Assembly (NCBI GenBank): GCA_016748015.1
Contig: JAAOMT010000441.1
Location: 449,128-513,127, forward strand
Source of the DNA: Geosiphon pyriformis uo1
Taxonomy: Eukaryota; Fungi; Glomeromycota
Length of the DNA stretch: 64,000 nt
Direction of reading: 5' to 3'
In this document: positions 23,336 to 36,889 of the stretch, one piece after another
Numbering within the stretch: the stretch's first letter is position 1
How the letters are laid out: every line of letters starts with the position of its first letter
Notes under the pieces: generated by a model
Told to the model about the DNA's origin: nothing
Seen by the model: only the letters and a program-made list of their open reading frames with translations
Database searches by the model: none
Translations under genes and position numbers: made by a program

Positions 23336-24285
23336 CATGAAATTATCTTATAATTCCTATTATTAATTAGCATATATTATCATTTCAAATGATCACTTAT
23401 TACATTAGCAAAAATGTCCGAAATTATCATTTAATTAATAACCCAAATTGTACACAACACAAATGTAATCTAATTGTGATGATCAATCATGCAATACCCC
23501 AAACTATGTAACATTCAAAAGTTCGCTGAAATTTATAGAAATTTGCCAAAATAATTGATAGTTCACCGAAATATCTAATAGTTTGCAGAAATAACTTGTA
23601 GTTTACCGAAATGTATCTTTAGTTCAGTGAAATTGTAGAAAATAGCAAAGTTCAAGTTTATAGAATAGTGTTATGACAAGTTGTATAAAAGAAGAGCTTC
23701 TCTTTTCGAGAAAATGTATCTTACTTTAGATTTATCTTTTAAAACCATTCCTATACACACAAAAAAAAATAAATATCAAATAATTCAAAAAACTAAATTC
23801 TTTAATTATTGTACTTGGAAAATTCCCAAAACCCAACTAACATTTCGAAATTGATTAGCTACCAATTTCAGTAAACTGTTAGTGATTCCAGGCCTGGATA
23901 GAAAACGTTTTCCTTGATAAAATTCTATTTCTTTTACACTTCTTTTATTTTTCTTTTTTTTTCTTATTACAATTATTAGGGTAGCCTACAGACGAGATTT
24001 CTGTAGAAGAGTTGACTTTCATAGCAAAGTAACTACACATTTTTAGTAAGCTTCCAGACAAACAATTCCTGGGAAAGAGTTGACATTTACTACAACGTAA
24101 CTACATAAAGTAACTGGCAAGGAATTGGCCATTCTACATATAAGCCCAGCAAGTTCAAATTATAGAAGATAATTTGAAGATAAATTCAGTTACTGGAGGT
24201 TCAACCACATCCAGAAAACGTGAATTCACAGCAAATAAGTATTAACAACATTACAGAAAAGAGACCAAAAAAACCTCTGGTAACA
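23304..24285 (+). repeat. 3' LTR of copy 2
   Basis: TGTTACCAGA...TCTGGTAACA. Confidence 0.95.
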
Positions 24286-27200
24286 ATGCTAATATTATAT
24301 TAATATCTACTTTTTATTTAAAAATACTACAACTTGTTTATCTAACAAAGCAGAAACATGTCTATAAGATTTATACTTCTTAACAATTTTAAATGTATTA
24401 GATTTATTGTAGCCAAAACTATATGCAGAAATATAATGAAAAGTCTTTTATAAATAGGCTCAAACATACTTAATAGAAATATTATTCAGAATTTTTAAAA
24501 CTCTTTTTTCTAATAAGACAAATTTGTAGTCATAACTTGTTCAAGCTTCTTATTTTATCTTTCTTCAAATTTGCTCAATAAAATTACATTCACAATAGAA
24601 CTTAAAATATAACAAAAACCCATGTTTACTAATTGTTTTTATGATTTGTTGCAATTGTATTTTCTCAGCCAAAAAGTCTGGTTGACTTGTAATATAATAT
24701 TGAGTACAGCATACTAAAAAAATATTAATTTCAGATAAAATAAGTAGTGTTTCAGTTTTATTATAATCATAATTGTTATCTGAATTCTTATCTTTTTTGG
24801 ATTGTTTTTTTGTATATATAAGACACAGACTATTAATTTACAAATTTCATTTTTGTAAGATATGACACAATTTTTTTGGCTTATTATTTTTATTTTGCAT
24901 ATTTTGGCTAATCTTTATTTTATCTTGAATAAATTATGTTATATAGTATTTTTGTTGTTTGTTTTTTCTTTTAAAATTCAGTTTTGTTAAAATTAAAGCA
25001 TTATTTACATAGATATTATGATTGAATAATTAATTAAAGCAAAATATTTTTTTACAGTTAAGATAAAAATATTTAAAAAGGCAAATTACTTTTTATACTA
25101 ATTAGTTAATTATATTATTACTTTTCTATTAGCTATCTCAGAATATTCTTAACTTGATAATAACTCTAGTTTTTGTTGGAAGATTTAGTTTTTTGCTATT
25201 ATTATTACTAATATGTAATGCTTTATAACAAAAACACATAAAATTAAAGACTATTAAATTTTAACTCTTACTTTTTTTCTTAATGCATGTTTTTTTTTTA
25301 TAAGCCATATATTGGGTTGATTATTAAAAGCATAAAAATATGTTTTATTATAAGTAACTAGAATATGTTCTATAAAGTCAAAAAATATATTTAAAATTGG
25401 TAATATTATTAATTTTTCATTTTCTGGTTCAAATAATTTCATAAAATAAGTATATTATATTATTTTTGTTGTAAATATTTGGTAATATATTATAACATTC
25501 TCTTATTTATATTCATCATAATAAATGTTTTGTCTATCTTTACAAAATATATAATTTTATTTTACATATATCAAATTATAGTAAATTCTAAAACATAATA
25601 ATTATTAATATTAAAGTATTGTGAAATAACCTTATTATAAAGAAAGATTTATAACAATAATACTTTTTAGTTCTTAAATTTTGTATTGTGAAGTTATTTT
25701 AAGCATGTTTTTTTAATATTTTTATTTATAAGCAATAAAATATGCTTGTTTTAAAATCTTGAAAAAAGTTAATTATAAAAAAAAAAGTAGTTTGCTTATT
25801 TATATAAACAATGAGCAGTCTATTTATTTTCCAGATTTTTTTGTTTTTCAAAAACAGAAAGTACAATATAACTGCTACTTTTAACTTTGGTTTTTCCATT
25901 TAATATATATATAAAGTATAAAATTAAGTACTGCATACAAAAATAATCAAAAGTGCTTAAGAATAAAACTTAACATTTTTATTCATTATATAAAATACTA
26001 AGTTTTTTTTGCAAAAAACAAAGCTTTTTTTTTATATTACAGTTAGCTTCATTTTTTTTCTTTATAATTGCTATTTAATTCTGGTTTTTTGTTTTGATAG
26101 CAGATTATAAGAGCAAAAAAAGTGGTAATTGACTTGCATGTTTTTGCAATTTATATATGTTTCTTTTCTATTCTTTTTTTGCACTTTAAACTGCTTTGAA
26201 ATTTACTTATATATATCTTTCTTAGATAATATCCAGCTGAATTTTTTTATTTTAAGAGTTTTTGTTTATTCTTATAAATTAAAAAATCAAGTTTTGTATT
26301 TGAAATTATATTTTTATTTTCACCTAGTTGTAATATTGCTTTTACTTTTAATTTTTTTTGTCTTTTTTTCATATTTTGATCTTTTTTATTTTTAATCAAA
26401 TAAATAAAAATAATTAGCACATAAATATAAAATTATACAAAAAGAAATGTTAATATATACATACAAATAAGACATTTTGTATTTAAAAAGCTATTGATAT
26501 GAAAAAAAAATAAAACTATTATATTACTTAAAGTATGTACAGTATACATCTATATTTTTGAGCAATTACACAAGATAATATACACATGACCTTCTCATAT
26601 AATTTGTAGTAAGAGGTCCAATTTGTTTATAAGCTATATAAAAGAAAATAATTTTAAAATACTATAATTCTATCAATACTTGTTCAATTATTAAAAGGGA
26701 AAACAAGTTTTAATCCTTAAAAGCAGCTTAAAAAAACTTGTTTTATAGTTTTTGTCTTCTTATACTGTATAAAATGTTTTAGTATTTTGAATTCAGATCT
26801 TAAAATATGTGAGTTAAGATAATATGTACCATATATATTATAGAAATTTTTAACCAAAAAATACTTAAAACTTTTTAAGCAAAAAAATATTTTATTACAA
26901 AAAACTTGTATTAATTATATTTAAAATAATAATAATAATAAAGTTAATTTGGTGATAAAATATAATATAAAGTTCAAAACAAATTTTTAAAAAATTTTTA
27001 AATAATATGTTTAGTTTGGTTTAGTTTTTCAATAAAATTAAGCAATTTGAATAAAATTAAAAGTATTTGTAACAATACAAAAAAACAATATTATTATTTG
27101 TAAAAGTATTGAATTAAATTTTATGGTTCTTAATTTAAATTTAAATGTAATAATAATTTTGGTTTAATTAAAGATTTTATTATAAAACTATGAGTAGTTG

Positions 27201-28551
27201 ATTTTGACAATACAGAACAAGAAAAGGTTGCGGTCGAAAAGTTTGAAAAACAAAATTGAAGTATCTTCTCATGGCACATTTCATGGTTCATTTCAAAGGT
27301 TTCAATCATCTTTTCTTTCAATTTCTGAGGAACTCTTACACTGAAAAAAAACTTGATTAAAGAATTAATTATTATAAGTTCATTAAGAGAACGTAAGAAA
27401 AATCATATTTCCTTTTGGAATAAAAGGTAAAAAAGAAAAGTTTTAAAAAAAGGTTTGGTCTATTTCCTCAAGCAAAGGTGTGAATTATATATGAAAAGAA
27501 AGGAAAAAGGAAAGAAAGAAGGAATATAAACCAAACTCGCGAGAACTAAATTAAAGAAAACCATCCTGACCTTGACCTTTTTATTGATGATAACCATCAA
27601 GAAATTTTAGGAACAAAAAGAAACTTTTACTAAACGTTTTAGACAAAATATATTTATTTTCCAGATTTTAAATTTCAATCGCCATCTCCAAAATCCTAAT
27701 ATTTATCATGTCAAGACTTGTGTTAGTGATTTAAAGAATAAAGACTTTTACAAAAGCTACTCATGGATATCGAGACTAAGGTAAAAAGAAGAGATAATAG
27801 CAAAATATGAAAGCAAGGAATAGTGGGTTATGCTTTTAATTCGCTTACTCTAATTATTTTATATGTGAAATAAAATCTTCGAGCTTGATACTTCGGGTGA
27901 CGTAAAATATTCACTTTGCCTGATTTTGTTACAGCACGTCCCATATTGTATATTTCAAGTGTTTTAAAATTTATGTTAAGTCTAATTTTTATAACTTATT
28001 ATTAACTAAAAATACATAATCTGTAAAATAAAATAACACTTCTTAAATTTGAAATTTTAACAATGAAATAAAAATATTAATACCAAAAAACACGGTACAT
28101 ATATTCCAAAAATGATGGTCAGAAACAGATCAATTAAATGAAAAAATAAAAAGTTTTATTAAACTTTTATCACTTTAAAATTCTATAACACCTTTCAGGT
28201 ATCAAGAACTTTTAATAAATCATTGTTTCAGATTTTGTAGCTTAAAAAAAAGATTAATCAAGAAAATTCTTGCTGACTCTGTGACTATGTGCTAAATTTT
28301 GTCATCTTTAAGCGTTTTTCGCTTCTGATTGAAAACGTAATTGACAATTTCGCCTCGAGATTATTTATAAAAAGGCTATCGATCCTCCAAATCCTGCTAT
28401 ATATCAATCACCTTTTATCCTGCAAAATAAACGTCTAGCGGCGAATTTGCCATATATTTATCCAATTAGAGTGATTCATTTTAAATGAATTTCTAGAAGC
28501 TTCCCACATACCATCCGGGGATGCTTTTTACCAATTCTCGCCCACTCACAC

Positions 28552-30427
28552 TTATTTCAGACCGGCAGCTTCACCGATTTTGCGAAGTTCTGTGAGGGGA
28601 TCGTCAGGAATATGAGTTTGGGGATTAGTATTTGCTAATTGGGGATGCCCTTTTTCGTGCTTTTCGATGTCTTTATCCTCATGTTTATTAGACTTTGGGG
28701 ACTGAGCTGTGCTTTGTTGGTCAATTGACGCTGTAGTGTGAGCAGGCTCTTCTTCGGTTGACTGACCCAATTTCAAATTGGCATTTTGTGCGGCTTCACT
28801 GTTGTCCGAGACAAAGGATGACGCGAGTTTACGGATTTGTGAACGGCTTTCGTCAACTTCATTAGTGAGCGAAGAATGTTTATTGGTCTCTGGAGTAAAA
28901 GTATTTGGTGACTTTTGACCTGTTACTCTCTCGGTTTCTTCTTCTATTCCCCTAGCCTTATTGTTACCTTCGCTTTTAGGCTGCTAGAGAAAAATATTGT
29001 AATTTTTGAAGTTTTAATGAACTATGGTGAATAGGGTACTTGGTGTTTTTGAATTATAACTTAAATTTACCAATTCACCAACTTGGTCTTGAAACCCCTT
29101 GTAGAAAAATGCCGAGCTTGAATAGTCATGAAAGAAAAATCAAACGAGAATGAAATATTTCACGACTTACAATGCCGGCGTTAAGTTTTTCCCCAATGCT
29201 TTGTGCACTTTCTTTTACTCTCTCGCCTTTTTCTTGGACGTTTTCTCTTGCCTTGGAACCTTCTTTTTCGACAGTTTTCTTCATTTGATTTCCTGTGTTA
29301 CTTGCTTTTTCTTTGATCTGATTGACATTTTCTTGAGCACTTTCTTTCAACTCGCTTCCTTTTTCTTTGAAATTTTCCTTCATATTTTGCATTTCCTCTG
29401 TGGCGTTACCCGTTAAATTTCTCGTCTTTTCTTTTGCCTCTCTAGCTTCTTCTTGGGCGCTTTTTTTCACATTTTGCGCCTTCTCTTTTGTAGTATCCGC
29501 CAAATTTTCCGCTTTTTCTTTGGCCTTATCTTTTATTTGCTTTCCTTTTTCCATCATATCATTTACAATCTCCTTCGGACTATCTAATTTAGAGGAAACC
29601 TTTTCTTTGGCTTCATTTGATTTCTGTTGTAAATTTTCTCTCGCATTAACACCTATTATAGCATCTGCTGATTGTCGAACTTTCTCTTTCACATAATCCA
29701 CAGCCTGCTTTCCTCTAGTAGGAATGTCCTCAAATTCAGTTTCACCTTTCTCATGTCCTTTTCGGGGAGTGTTTTCATTTACGTGATTACCTTGATTTTC
29801 ATTTAAATGACTACCTCCTTGCATTGATTCTTTAATTTGTCCTGCTTTTTCTTTTGCCTCTTCTTTTACCTCACCGCTTTTCTCTTTAAGATACTGTCCA
29901 CGTCCTTTTATTGATTTTGCAGCAGAAACCGACTGTGTATCTAGTCCCTCTGGACGCATTACCCTTGCTGCTGCGTCATATACTTTATGCTTTACATTTT
30001 CTACAAAGTTTTTTGCAGCATTCGCAGCCTCCTCAACTGTTGCTGGTAAAGAAACACCCGAAGTATGGCTGTCGTCAGCATTATCCGGCTGATTATTTCG
30101 CTGGGTAGGTGGTATATCGTCTTTGGTCAGATGCTCATGCGCTTTATTGATAGCGTGACCTTCAGTGAATGGCTTATCACGAGTGTACCCGACACCGAGC
30201 GGATTTTCATCTTTTGGTCCAAGTAGGTGAGGTGGGTCACGTGATCCTTCAGTATCTTTAACCTGTTTTTTTTGACCGATTGTTGTATAGAGTCGATTTG
30301 TGTAAGAACGCGTCAGAACGGTAATAGTGTTAATACGCGGAATACGATGTGAAGATAATCGTATGTGTAAATTTGATTGGAAGTGACGAGTCTGTCGAAG
30401 TGATGATAATAATAGGCGACTTTTCAT
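28552..30427 (-). CDS. LEA (group 3)-like hydrophilin with predicted mitochondrial presequence; exons 30427-29171 and 28983-28552 (~562 aa)
   Basis: Arg/Ser-rich, acid-free N-terminus MKSRLLLSSLRQTRHF. K/E/A-rich repeats (AKEKAENLADTTKEKAQNVKKSAQEEA). GTAAGT donor at 29170 and phase-compatible TAG acceptor at 28984; exon model uncertain. Confidence 0.7.
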
Positions 30428-31424
30428 TGTGATTTCAAGATTATTTAGCCCAAGTGAATTCAATGTAAGAAAAAAAGAAAGCATATAGATTTTATATAAA
30501 TTTTTTTGGTGTTGTAAAAGAAACTTGGAAGCTGTGGCATCAATAATAATAATAATAATCATCATCATCATCATCATTACTCATAACTTCATCATTTTTA
30601 CAAAGCGGCATGATAAACTAACATAATAATAAGGGGAAATGCGGTAATGCAGCAAGAGTTGTGTGTGAAAAATTCGTCATTATCATTTCACACTTTTTGC
30701 GAATCAGCCACCTGTTAGCCCAAATTCCGATTAGCAAGGAAAATGATTGGCACTATTTTAAAAGTTTTTGTTTTTGATGTCTTTTTTTTTTTTTTTTAAA
30801 TAAATTTCTTCGATTGTCATTTCATCAGGTTGATTATTAGTTCAAGAATTGAAATAGCTCATGGGGCAAGAAATTTGTTATTTAAGATTGGTTTTAGTAT
30901 GCCGAAAAAAACTTTAGGCTTAACATTAATCATTGGAAAAATGATTATTTATTTTCTGAGTCATGATGCCAAAATATCTTATAGTAGGACAGCGAAAAGG
31001 AATTGAAAAAAAGAATGGGTTAAACATATATACGATATAAATTTTAGGTTGTCATACAAATAATTCACCTTTCACAAATAAACATGAAATTCTTGTATGA
31101 CACATAGGCAAATACGAATTATAAACCTTAAATTAGATTACTGGAAAAAAACACTTGAAATGATTAAATTTGTTAAAAAAGTATCAAGACTTTCAAATGA
31201 GTCCCAATACTAAAAAGCAAAACCTTATATTCATTGATTCTATTTTGGAATATACAATTCCACTAGATATTAATAAAAAGTGATGAAATAAAATAAGATT
31301 ATTTCATTTCATCGATCAGATTCCATTTAAATTCCTAATCATCATGTTCAAATTCCATCGGTGACTTTCTATGTAGCAGAGGCTGAATTATCATAAATTT
31401 GAAAAATCTTCCATGATGATCATA

Positions 31425-31468
31425 ATAACAATAACAATAACAACAATAATAATAATAATAATAATAAC

Positions 31469-31500
<32 letters not shown>
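31425..31500. repeat. (AAT/AAC)n microsatellite
   Basis: Read directly from the sequence. Confidence 0.9.
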
Positions 31501-31734
31501 GTTATCTAACCGTTAAAATTCTAAACAATCCTTTTCCTAAAATGTGGAAATTATCAAAAATGCCTCACCAGAAAAGGAATAATAAATAGGTTACATTATT
31601 GCCCTTACTTTAGAACTGCTTGAATCACATTCTATCAATCAGGAATCTTCGCGACCTTAAACAAATATAAAGAGACGGCAAATCATTTAATTACTAAGAT
31701 TTTCGAGGCCGATCGGATTCATCTAGTAAAAAGG

Positions 31735-33087
31735 TTATACGGCTAAGCCAAATACATTCACTACAACATCCATGTTTTTCAAATCGGGATTATGGTATTT
31801 GGCGTAACCTGAAATAAATTATAGTTTTTATAAAAAGAGATAAAGGCAAAGATGACCCATAAATGAAAGAATTTCTTTTCACTTACCATCACATCGAGCA
31901 TCCCAAAAACAAAAACTCGTTGAATGAAGACCAGCGTCAGTTTTTTGAACTATTGTACAAGTAACTTTTATAGACGAGAAATCAAGAATGGTTTGTCAAA
32001 GTTAGATCTAAAAAATCTAAAAATCGTACTCCAAATGACATGATAAGAGCCTTTAGAATTCATAAAAAATTGGCCAAATTGATATTTATCATAATACGTA
32101 CCAATGTATTTGAAATCTTTGTTCAGACCACACAAACGTTTCACACAAGTGCTCACAATAGCGGTATTCCATGTAGAAACTCGCGTGTGTAAATAGGCAG
32201 AATCCTGTATAATGCTCTCAGTAACCTGTTTTGTTCCATTATAAAATTGTAGATTCAATTTATTTTAGGTTTATTTAACAAAGTTTAAGATATAAGATAA
32301 TCATGATTAAGAGAATAAATAATCAAGATTGAAATTTTCAGACCCTCTTAAAATGAATCTCCATGTATTTATGAGCTCTTCCCATAAATCTTGAAGTCCA
32401 GCCTTATTTATATGGGCATTAACCTACTTCTTTGATGACTTCCAGAACCTCATCCACATCAAAAATCTTTTTTGGATTGCGGGGGAAATCATCATAGGAA
32501 GGACGAGCAGAGTGTCCAGGTGTGAACGGTCTGCTAATACTATACTGTGATCCGGAACTTGGTCGAGTTTTGTATCCAGTCTCTTCAGTGGAGGGATCCA
32601 GAGGCCTTTCTGCTGAATTATTCTCTCTTAAGACGGCTTCAACAGCATCATCCAATTTTTTATTCTCCGATAGTGGATTATCCGAAGGCTCATTTGTTGG
32701 GAAATATTCTAAAGGCCCGTTCAAGGTATATTGTTTTCCAACAGTGAAAGCGGCGGGAAAATTAGGAGTTGATTCAGTACTCGGCTCGACGCTCTCAGGT
32801 TCCTAGTTGGGCGATCCCCATTTTGAGAAAAAGACTCCATCAAAATCAGTAAGGTATTTATAAGATGAAATAGCCAAGAAAAAACCCAAAGGAAAGTTTA
32901 AAGGAAAAAGTGCCTTTCAGGGCGAGTTTAAATCTAATCACAAGAGTTCTTCGAAGTGAACTAGAACCACTGTATTAAATAGCTTTAATAAAATATAAAA
33001 TAGAAGGCTTCAAAACCTCTCAAATACTTTATATGAGTTGCAATCAAGGGAATTTATACATACCTCAACAAATTGCGTTTGGGACAT
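31735..33087 (-). CDS. Tctex-1 (DYNLT) family dynein light chain with ~120-aa N-terminal extension; exons 33087-33064, 32802-32428, 32225-32102, 31964-31887, 31808-31735 (224 aa)
   Basis: Spliced C-terminus FDVDEVLEVIKE|VTESIIQDSAYLHTRVSTWNT...FKYI|VTCTIVQKTDAGLHSTSFCFWDARCD|G...VNVFGLAV matches the Tctex-1 signature (FKYIVTCxIxQKxxAGLHxxSxCFWD). All introns GT-AG and phases sum to 675 nt. First exon less certain. Confidence 0.88.
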
Positions 33088-35299
33088 GTTTTAATTCCCT
33101 TGACACCACGATAGAATGTGTGTGTCGATCAAGATAATCTTGAATTTATATAATTTCAATTCTATATATTACAGAAACCTTGTATAATTTTTCATGGGCT
33201 TAAAATAAAAATAAGAATATCTCAAAATTTTCAAATAATCATAATTTTGTTAAGGTCTTTTGAAGCTAATAATTTTTTTTTTTAAAATATTATCTGTTTA
33301 TTAATAAATTGTGTAAATTTGTGAATTGTTTAATAATCATTTTTTCGTTTGAAAATATTTATTTGTCATTTTAAAAGCATATGGATTGTAAATATTGTAA
33401 AATTGTAACAAATATAGGTATATGTTACATTGTATAAATATTATTAAATTTTGTATTTAATGTTTTTTGATAATAATATTTAATCTAATTCTAAATAATA
33501 TTAATGTAAATTCTATTTTAATACAGTTGTAAACAATTTCTAATAAACTGTTAAAAATAAAAATAAAAAATAAATAAAATCAAGATCATACTTTTAATTA
33601 AAATTGTAAATAAATTTTTTGTTTTTAAAATTTTTTAAAATGTAAAAATATTGTTATTCTAATAATATATTTTATAACATAAATTGTAATTAAAATAAAA
33701 TATATATACAAAAAAATGTTTTAATTAATTATAATTAATAAATAAAAATCATATAAAATATTTTCAAAATATAATAATAATAATAATATAATATAATTAA
33801 TAATACCAATTTTTAATAAAAATAATTATATTAATGTAATTTATAATAATATTATTATTAATTTTTGTTGTTATTATTATTATTGGTATTATTTTATTTG
33901 TAATTTTAATTATATTAAAATTTATATTTTAAATTTAATATTTTTATGGTTTATTAAAATTATAATTTATTATATTATAATAATAAAATATAATTATATA
34001 TATATTTCTATTTAAAAATTAAATTAAATTAAATTAACAACAATTAAATAAATTAAATTATACAATAATAAACAACAATTAAATAAATTAAATTATACAA
34101 TAATAAACAATATTACTATTATTAATTAACATAATCTATTATTTAACTAGTATTTTAAAAAATAATTTATTTAAAAAAATCTCAAAAAAAAATTTAAAAT
34201 ATTTATTTAGCTATATGTTTTAAATACTTATTAATTTTATTTTATATTATTATTATTATTATTAACTTTAATTATATATATATTTTATAATAAAAACTAT
34301 TATTATTCGAATAGAAAAGCCAATTCAAAAGCTATTAAAAAAATGTAATTAAAACATAATAACATAAAAAAAACATGATAATACAAAATAACACAAAATA
34401 ATATATAATAATTTAAGATAATATAAGATAATATACAATAACATAAAATAATACAGAATAACTAGCCATAATATAGAATAACTAATTATAGTATAAAAAA
34501 ACAAAGCAACAACAAAAATAGTAAGTAATAATTAGTAATAACAAATAATTAAAAATATTCTTATAAAATTAAAAAATATATATAAAAATAAATAGTTTTA
34601 ATAAATAAAAAACCATTTTCTTAAAAATATATTTTAGCTTTAAAACTTGATAAATCTCTTTTATATTATTTTTTTTATATTTTTATATTTATAATTAAAT
34701 AAAAATATTGTTAATCTACTTGTATATAATTTCAGAATTTGTGTTGTTAAAGTTAAATTAATTATGTTTTTTATTCTTGTTTCAAATTAGATGTTCTTAA
34801 TATAAATAGCTTTAAAACTTTAATAACTTAAACTAATTATTCTTAATTATAATAATTAATAATACTAATTTTTTTTTATTTTAATTTCAAATTTTTTATT
34901 CTTTTTTTTAGTAAAGTAGTAATATTAAGAAAATTAATTGTTTAAGAATAGATTTTATGATAATTTGGTAAAAAAAAGAAGCTTTTTCTAAGTTTGAATA
35001 TTAATTTTATCTTGTTAACTTACCAGAAAAATAAAAAAACAATACTAAATTTTAGCAATTGTATTTAACTAATTCAGAGAAGATAGCTTACATATATTTA
35101 ATTATAAATAATTAAATTATATTTTTGTGTCTTATAACCAAAAAACTCTATAAGTAAATTCAGATATATTAAAAATCTTTAGATACTGATAATTTTGTTT
35201 TGTCTTTTATATTAAACAAAAAAAATTTTTTAAGTTTCTTTACTTAAATATAAAATACTAAATATTATTATTATATCCTATTAAGTTTACTCATAATAT

Positions 35300-36880
35300 T
35301 TAGTGCTTTTTGTAAAATTATAAAATTTACAAAGACAAACCATTTTAGAAATTCACAAAAATAGCAACTATTGAAACTATAAAAAAAGATCATTTATCAT
35401 TCAAAAGAATATTATTTTAACACTTTAAAAAAAACTTGGAAATACCAACAGAAACTATTACTGCCAAAAGTAATTTTTGTCATTATGTATATGTTAAAAT
35501 CAACTATCTATTAGGCTAAACAACTAATATAAAAAAACTCAAAAAACAAATTCATTAACAATTATTAGCATATTCAATTTCAACTACTATATAAATTATA
35601 ACTGAAATCTTTGTCTTAATTGATAAAAAAACGAGATATATATCCAAAATTGGTACTCTCAATAGAAAAAAAAACAAACATCAAAACTTAACTTCAAAAA
35701 ATCTAAGTTTAAATCAAACAATAATACACAAATTACACAAAAAAAAACTTTATATACAGTTAATAAAAAATCAAAATTTTTTTTATTAACAATCTTTTTA
35801 TATTATTAGACTTCAAAAAGCAAAATTTTGCTCAATTAATTTACCAAATCACAAACAAAAACTCTGAAAACTTCTAGAAATCTGTATTTTTAGGATTTTA
35901 ACCAAAATTTTTGAACTAAATTTCTAAGAAATTACAGAGCTATATTTGAAAATTTTATTTTAGTACTCAATAATTCAGTTAGAAACACTTCTTTTTAAAC
36001 ACAATTTTTAGCATTGTTTTTAACCAAATTAACAATTATCTTCTTAGAAACAGTATCTATATTACAAGTTATTATTATTACCAACAAAAAAAAACAATTA
36101 GTATTAAGTTTAATAAAGTAATCAGACATATCTCTGTTAATATTCTTTTTGTTAACAATTAAACAAATCTCTATTACTCAAATTATGGCTTACAGAAATA
36201 TTGCTAAACTAAAAAAATTCTTTGGTAAAAAAAAAATACATATATTTAAATTGTAAAAGCCAAAAAAACAATTACTGTTAACAATTGAGATAAAGCCAAA
36301 ACAATATAAGCTTTACTCTTCTTTTTAATTAAAACTGCAGATTTATAATACCAAGTTTTAATAAAAAACCAACTGATTTTGCTATCTTTAAACTCATCTT
36401 TTTATAGTATTTTTATAACTCAAATATATTTATTAGACTGCAAAATTAATTCAACATAATAAAACAAAAAGATTATAAAACTATAATTATTTATTTTGAA
36501 AGATTTAATCAAATTTTCTACCAAATTCAGATAATTGAAAGAAATTATTACATCTTAAATCAAATTTTTAACTAATTTATTAAAAAACTAAGGAACAATA
36601 TCTTTCAATCCATTAGACTTTAATATTCTAACAACTTACAAAAGACTATAATACTTGTTTGTAACTTTGAATTAGTAAAACAAAAAACCAACCATGTCTA
36701 AATCATTAACTTAATCATAAATAAAATTTCAAACATAGACACAAAGCTTACTTAATTAAATAAAAAATTAACTCAGAAAATTAAAAAATTCTTAACAAAA
36801 AATTATAGAACTTATTAGTTATTACAACAAAAAAACTTAAACAATAGATCTTAACAATAACAAAACTGTTAACAATAGCA
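35300..36880 (+). pseudogene. Heavily decayed gag of a second Ty3/Gypsy family
   Basis: Relic reading MAYRNIAKLKKFFG (~36185), ALLFFLIKTADL, and IERNYYILNQIFN-FIKKLR, paralleling IAKIPEFNG / IPYFLKGTA / NYYSDAQILDQFI in copies 1 and 2. Confidence 0.65.
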
Positions 36881-36889
36881 ATAAGATTT

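Larger units (their letters stand above)
14702..24285 (+). mobile_element. Ty3/Gypsy LTR retrotransposon, copy 2 (same family; assembly gap 19795-20368 over RT)
   Basis: LTRs 14702-15683 and 23304-24285 (982 bp each); TSD ATGC (14698-14701, 24286-24289); PBS 15686; PPT 23291-23300. Confidence 0.96.
13962..26831 (-). mobile_element. Decayed IS630/Tc1/mariner-type DNA transposon (~3.3 kb once Ty3 copy 2 is removed)
   Basis: 29-bp TIRs (13962-13990, 26803-26831; 24/29 match, all mismatches transitions), each flanked by TA. Minus-strand relic at ~24530-25030 reads CC...SQPDFLAEK...KFYCECNFIEQI, a degraded PKFHCELNxIE DDE motif. Confidence 0.75.

Noticed and set aside
32340-32427. Apparent extra exon (AGLQDLWEELINTWRF) needing a 25-nt micro-intron or frameshift
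   Set aside because: Splicing 32428 directly to 32225 gives a clean Tctex-1 domain, so this stretch is intronic.
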